DNA of 64,000 nucleotides from an uncultured bacterium (GTDB lineage Bacteria; Verrucomicrobiota; Verrucomicrobiia; Limisphaerales; UBA8199): NCBI GenBank assembly GCA_963749495.1, contig CAVVMW010000023.1, positions 216,006 to 280,005 of the forward strand, read 5' to 3'. Shown piece by piece: positions 61,697 to 64,000 of this stretch (position 1 is its first letter; each line of letters starts with the position of its first letter). The notes under the pieces were generated by a model. It saw only the letters and a program-made list of their open reading frames with translations, ran no database searches and was not told where the DNA came from. The position numbers and the translations under genes were made by a program.

Positions 61697-62226
61697 GAAC
61701 TCCCCCCGGACTTTGGTTGCGGGTCACATCCGCCTTGGAGAGTGCCTCGATCTCCTCTTGCGTGAGGTGCCGGAAGGCGCCTTTGGGCAAGTCGCCCAGC
61801 GGCAGCGGGCCGATGGACACGCGAACCAATCGGAGCACCCCGACGCCCAGCGCAGCCAGCAGGCGGCGGAGGTGGCGGTTGCGGCCCTCATCGAGCACGA
61901 CCTCCAGCCAACTGGTCCGACCGCCCCGGCGCAGGATGCGGGCCCGCTTTGCCGAAAGCCACTCGCCTTGGACCGCCACTCCCGCCTCCATCGAGCGGGT
62001 CAGTGGCTCGTCTGCCACGCGATCCACCTGGACATGATAGAGCTTATCGATGTGGCTGGCCGGGTCGGTCAGGCGCGCCGCCCAATCGGTGTCGTTGGTG
62101 AAGAGCAGCAGACCCTCGCTGGCCTGGTCGAGCCGGCCCACCGGCGCGACAAACGGCAGGCCCCGGCCCGCCAGGGGCGCGGCGAGGCATAGCCGCCGAA
62201 AGCTTATTGGTCAGAGCCAGAGCCAC
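61674..62226 (-). pseudogene. RsuA/RluE-family pseudouridine synthase without S4 domain; N-terminal frameshift (provisional)
   Basis: Catalytic motif VGRLDQASEGLLLFTNDTDW, then HIDKLYHVQV, SWLEVVLDEGRNRHLRRL and SIGPLPLGDL. The upstream LALTNK (NKP-like) strand is in another frame (62044..62226), and the switch lies near 62200. Confidence 0.7.
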
Positions 62227-63080
62227 GGGTCATAGGGCACGGTCACCTACACCTCCCGAAAGGCTCAAAAAAGTGCGAAAGTTCACTAACACCCTCTACA
62301 GGAAATGTGGCAAATCTTTTTTTGAGGAATCGCGCCGCTCACAAACCCCTGTAAAATCAGAGGAAATCTATGCCTCAGACGCCTTGTAGCTATAGTGAGT
62401 ATTTTTTAGGTCGAATTTGGGTCTTAAGCCAGAGGCTTAGTCTGCCGATATACGACGGGCGGCAACAGGGCGATGGGATGGGGCCATGCGCTCTAGCTGA
62501 GGCCGTTCAGTGGGGTGAGCGGCAAACGGCCTCGAATCCGATGTATCCGCGCCGACGTTCGGGCCGATACCGAACAAGACAGGCTGCCGATGCGGCCTGG
62601 GTTCGGCGGCGACGGAGAACATTAGGTGAAGTAAAACATTATGGTTGTCGTGGTGGACATCGGGCGCACCAACCAGTGTGACGCTCGAGTACGGAAATCA
62701 GCGGAAGACCTTGTTTCTGAGATATATTAAACAATGCGTGAGGAAGATGGAAACGACCCATTTTCCGCCCTTTATTGAACGCAACGGGCTGGGCAATAAT
62801 TGCCTGGCACGGCGGTCGAAATCTCTCAGCCGTCAACCTTCTTGCGGACCGGGTTGCTGCGCCTCTCACCGGATTGGCAGAAGAAGCGGAGAGGTTGACC
62901 GTTGCGGCGCGGATTTTATTGGGGAAACGAGGGCGGGCATGTTTACTGCTTTGGGGAGGCCAACAAACTGCATGGCGAGAGCCGAAACAGGCAATCTGCT
63001 TGAAACTGCCGGCCAAACCCCGACATGGAGGTCACAACTCCTGACTCAAGCAAAACAAACCAAACAAAAGCTGAAATCGT

Positions 63081-63275
63081 TTGACCATCAATACAGACAT
63101 CATGGCGTTGAATGGCGCCAACGATTTGAATGCCGCTCAGACCCGCCTCAATCAGTCGCTGGAGCGGCTATCCTTATGGGATGGAAGTCAAACCGCTGAG
63201 AACGGGACAGCCACGATCTTCCAAGGTTCCTTAACCACTATACAAGCCCATCGCTTGGATCAAGTCGGCTCGTGA
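63081..63275 (+). pseudogene. Flagellin N-terminal (D0) domain-like relic, 64 codons
   Basis: (TTG)TINTDIMALNGANDLNAAQTRLNQSLERLS aligns without gaps to the flagellin start M-x-INTN-x-x-(S/A)LNA-x-R-x-L...L-x-x-S-x-ERLSSG. The following AENGTATIF sits where A-x-DDAAGLAI is expected. The ORF stops after 64 codons. Confidence 0.35.
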
Positions 63276-64000
63276 AAACAAACCTTCCGATCGCCTCTTG
63301 GCTGGCGTTGGCGGCGCTGGCAGTTTTCAACCTGCGATCCTCGACCTCCTTCGCCCAGGCCACCACGGCCTTCACCTACCAAGGCCAACTCACCGATGGC
63401 GGCAGCCCGGCCAACGGCTTTTACGATCTGCGCTTCAGCCTCTGCGATGCCCTCACCAACGGCAACGTGATCGGCGCGGTGACCAACCCCGCCACCGTTG
63501 TCAACAACGGCCTGTTCAGCGCCACCCTGGACTTCGGCGGCGTCTTCAACGGCTCAAACTACTGGCTGGAAATCGCCGTGCGCACCAACGGCGACGCCTC
63601 GTTCACCACCTTGAGTCTGCGCCAGCCAATCCTGCCGACGCCTTACGCCATTTTTTCGACCAGCGCCGGAAGCGCAGCCACGGCGACCACCGCAGGATCA
63701 GCCACCAACGCGACCTCCGCCTCAACCGCGACGACGGCCCACAACTTCTCAGGCCCGCTCTCCGGCGATGTCGGCGGAACACAAAGCGCAACGGTGGTTG
63801 CGCGCGTCGGCGGTCTGGCAGCGACGAATGTGGCCGGCGGCGCAAGCGCGGCCAACGCCGCGACCAACGCGAACCTGGCCAATACGATTGTAAAACGCGA
63901 CGCTGTTGGGAACTTTGCCACCGCCGGGATCTTGGCCGAATGGCTTTCTGCAAGCGAATGGGTCTGGGCGAATTATTACGTGGGCAACGGCGGCGGGTTG
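63272..64000 (+). CDS. Secreted tail-fibre-like / surface protein, 3' end outside window
   Basis: The GTG at 63272 overlaps the previous stop (GTGA). The frame stays open to nt 64000 (243 codons), so it is absent from the ORF track. Signal peptide KTNLPIASWLALAALAVFNLRSSTSFAQA. The motifs FTYQGQLTDGGSPANGFYDLRFSL and LANTIVKRDAVGNFATAG are ones I recall from phage-tail-fibre-like bacterial surface proteins. Confidence 0.7.
   Translation, partial: MKTNLPIASWLALAALAVFNLRSSTSFAQATTAFTYQGQLTDGGSPANGFYDLRFSLCDALTNGNVIGAVTNPATVVNNGLFSATLDFGGVFNGSNYWLEIAVRTNGDASFTTLSLRQPILPTPYAIFSTSAGSAATATTAGSATNATSASTATTAHNFSGPLSGDVGGTQSATVVARVGGLAATNVAGGASAANAATNANLANTIVKRDAVGNFATAGILAEWLSASEWVWANYYVGNGGGL

Noticed and set aside
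62645-63199. 184-aa plus-strand ORF (and 62639..63016 on the minus strand)
   Set aside because: Its composition is implausible (Cys/Arg/Trp-rich, no motifs), it has no RBS, and the two ORFs overlap each other. The region is treated as non-coding.

Overview
GC-rich bacterial chromosomal window. The gene content includes a PEP-CTERM protein, a TAT-signal Gfo/Idh/MocA oxidoreductase and many secreted LamG, FG-GAP, PQQ-propeller and glycoside-hydrolase proteins. Together with several families of GC-rich hairpin (REP/MITE-like) repeats, this suggests a Verrucomicrobiota/Planctomycetota-type organism (inference only). Left to right: (i) 1-8.3 kb is an accessory islet with a 5'-truncated type IIG/IIL-like N6-adenine DNA methyltransferase, a visibly lower-GC insert carrying an archaeal-type PurD-like ATP-grasp enzyme plus an SD-coupled unknown protein, a translationally coupled higB-higA-radC(JAB) operon, and an AraC regulator. 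(ii) 8.4-20.9 kb holds secreted/surface proteins and tRNA-Lys(CTT) at 14222-14297. (iii) 21.4-23.0 kb is a two-gene cassette of an ABC-type ATPase and a small DUF4276/Toprim-like protein, a candidate OLD/PARIS-like defence module. (iv) 23.2-37.3 kb holds an M23 peptidase and a giant surface protein of approx 4,100 aa. That protein has five approx 825-bp tandem repeats, a beta-helix, CARDB modules and a YD/RHS shell ending in PxxxxDPxGL, followed by an atypical 904-aa Kelch/Fn3 C-terminal region. (v) 40.4-46.2 kb is an operon of a PF01637-like ATPase and a P-loop NTPase-TPR (STAND-like) protein of approx 1,530 aa. (vi) 46.4-62.2 kb holds GH26, a PQQ propeller, SIMPL, EamA, a C45 peptidase, an FHA-zinc-ribbon protein, pterin dehydratase, an oxidoreductase, a membrane protein and an RluE-like synthase, punctuated by two inverted copies of a 191-bp MITE-like element. 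(vii) 62.2-64.0 kb is a non-coding stretch, a flagellin-N-terminus-like relic and a 3'-truncated tail-fibre-like surface protein. Caveat: at least 12 genes are split by single-base frameshifts, about half of them in homopolymer runs. Consensus indel error is therefore likely and all pseudogene readings are provisional. No rRNA, CRISPR array, transposase or integrase was seen.
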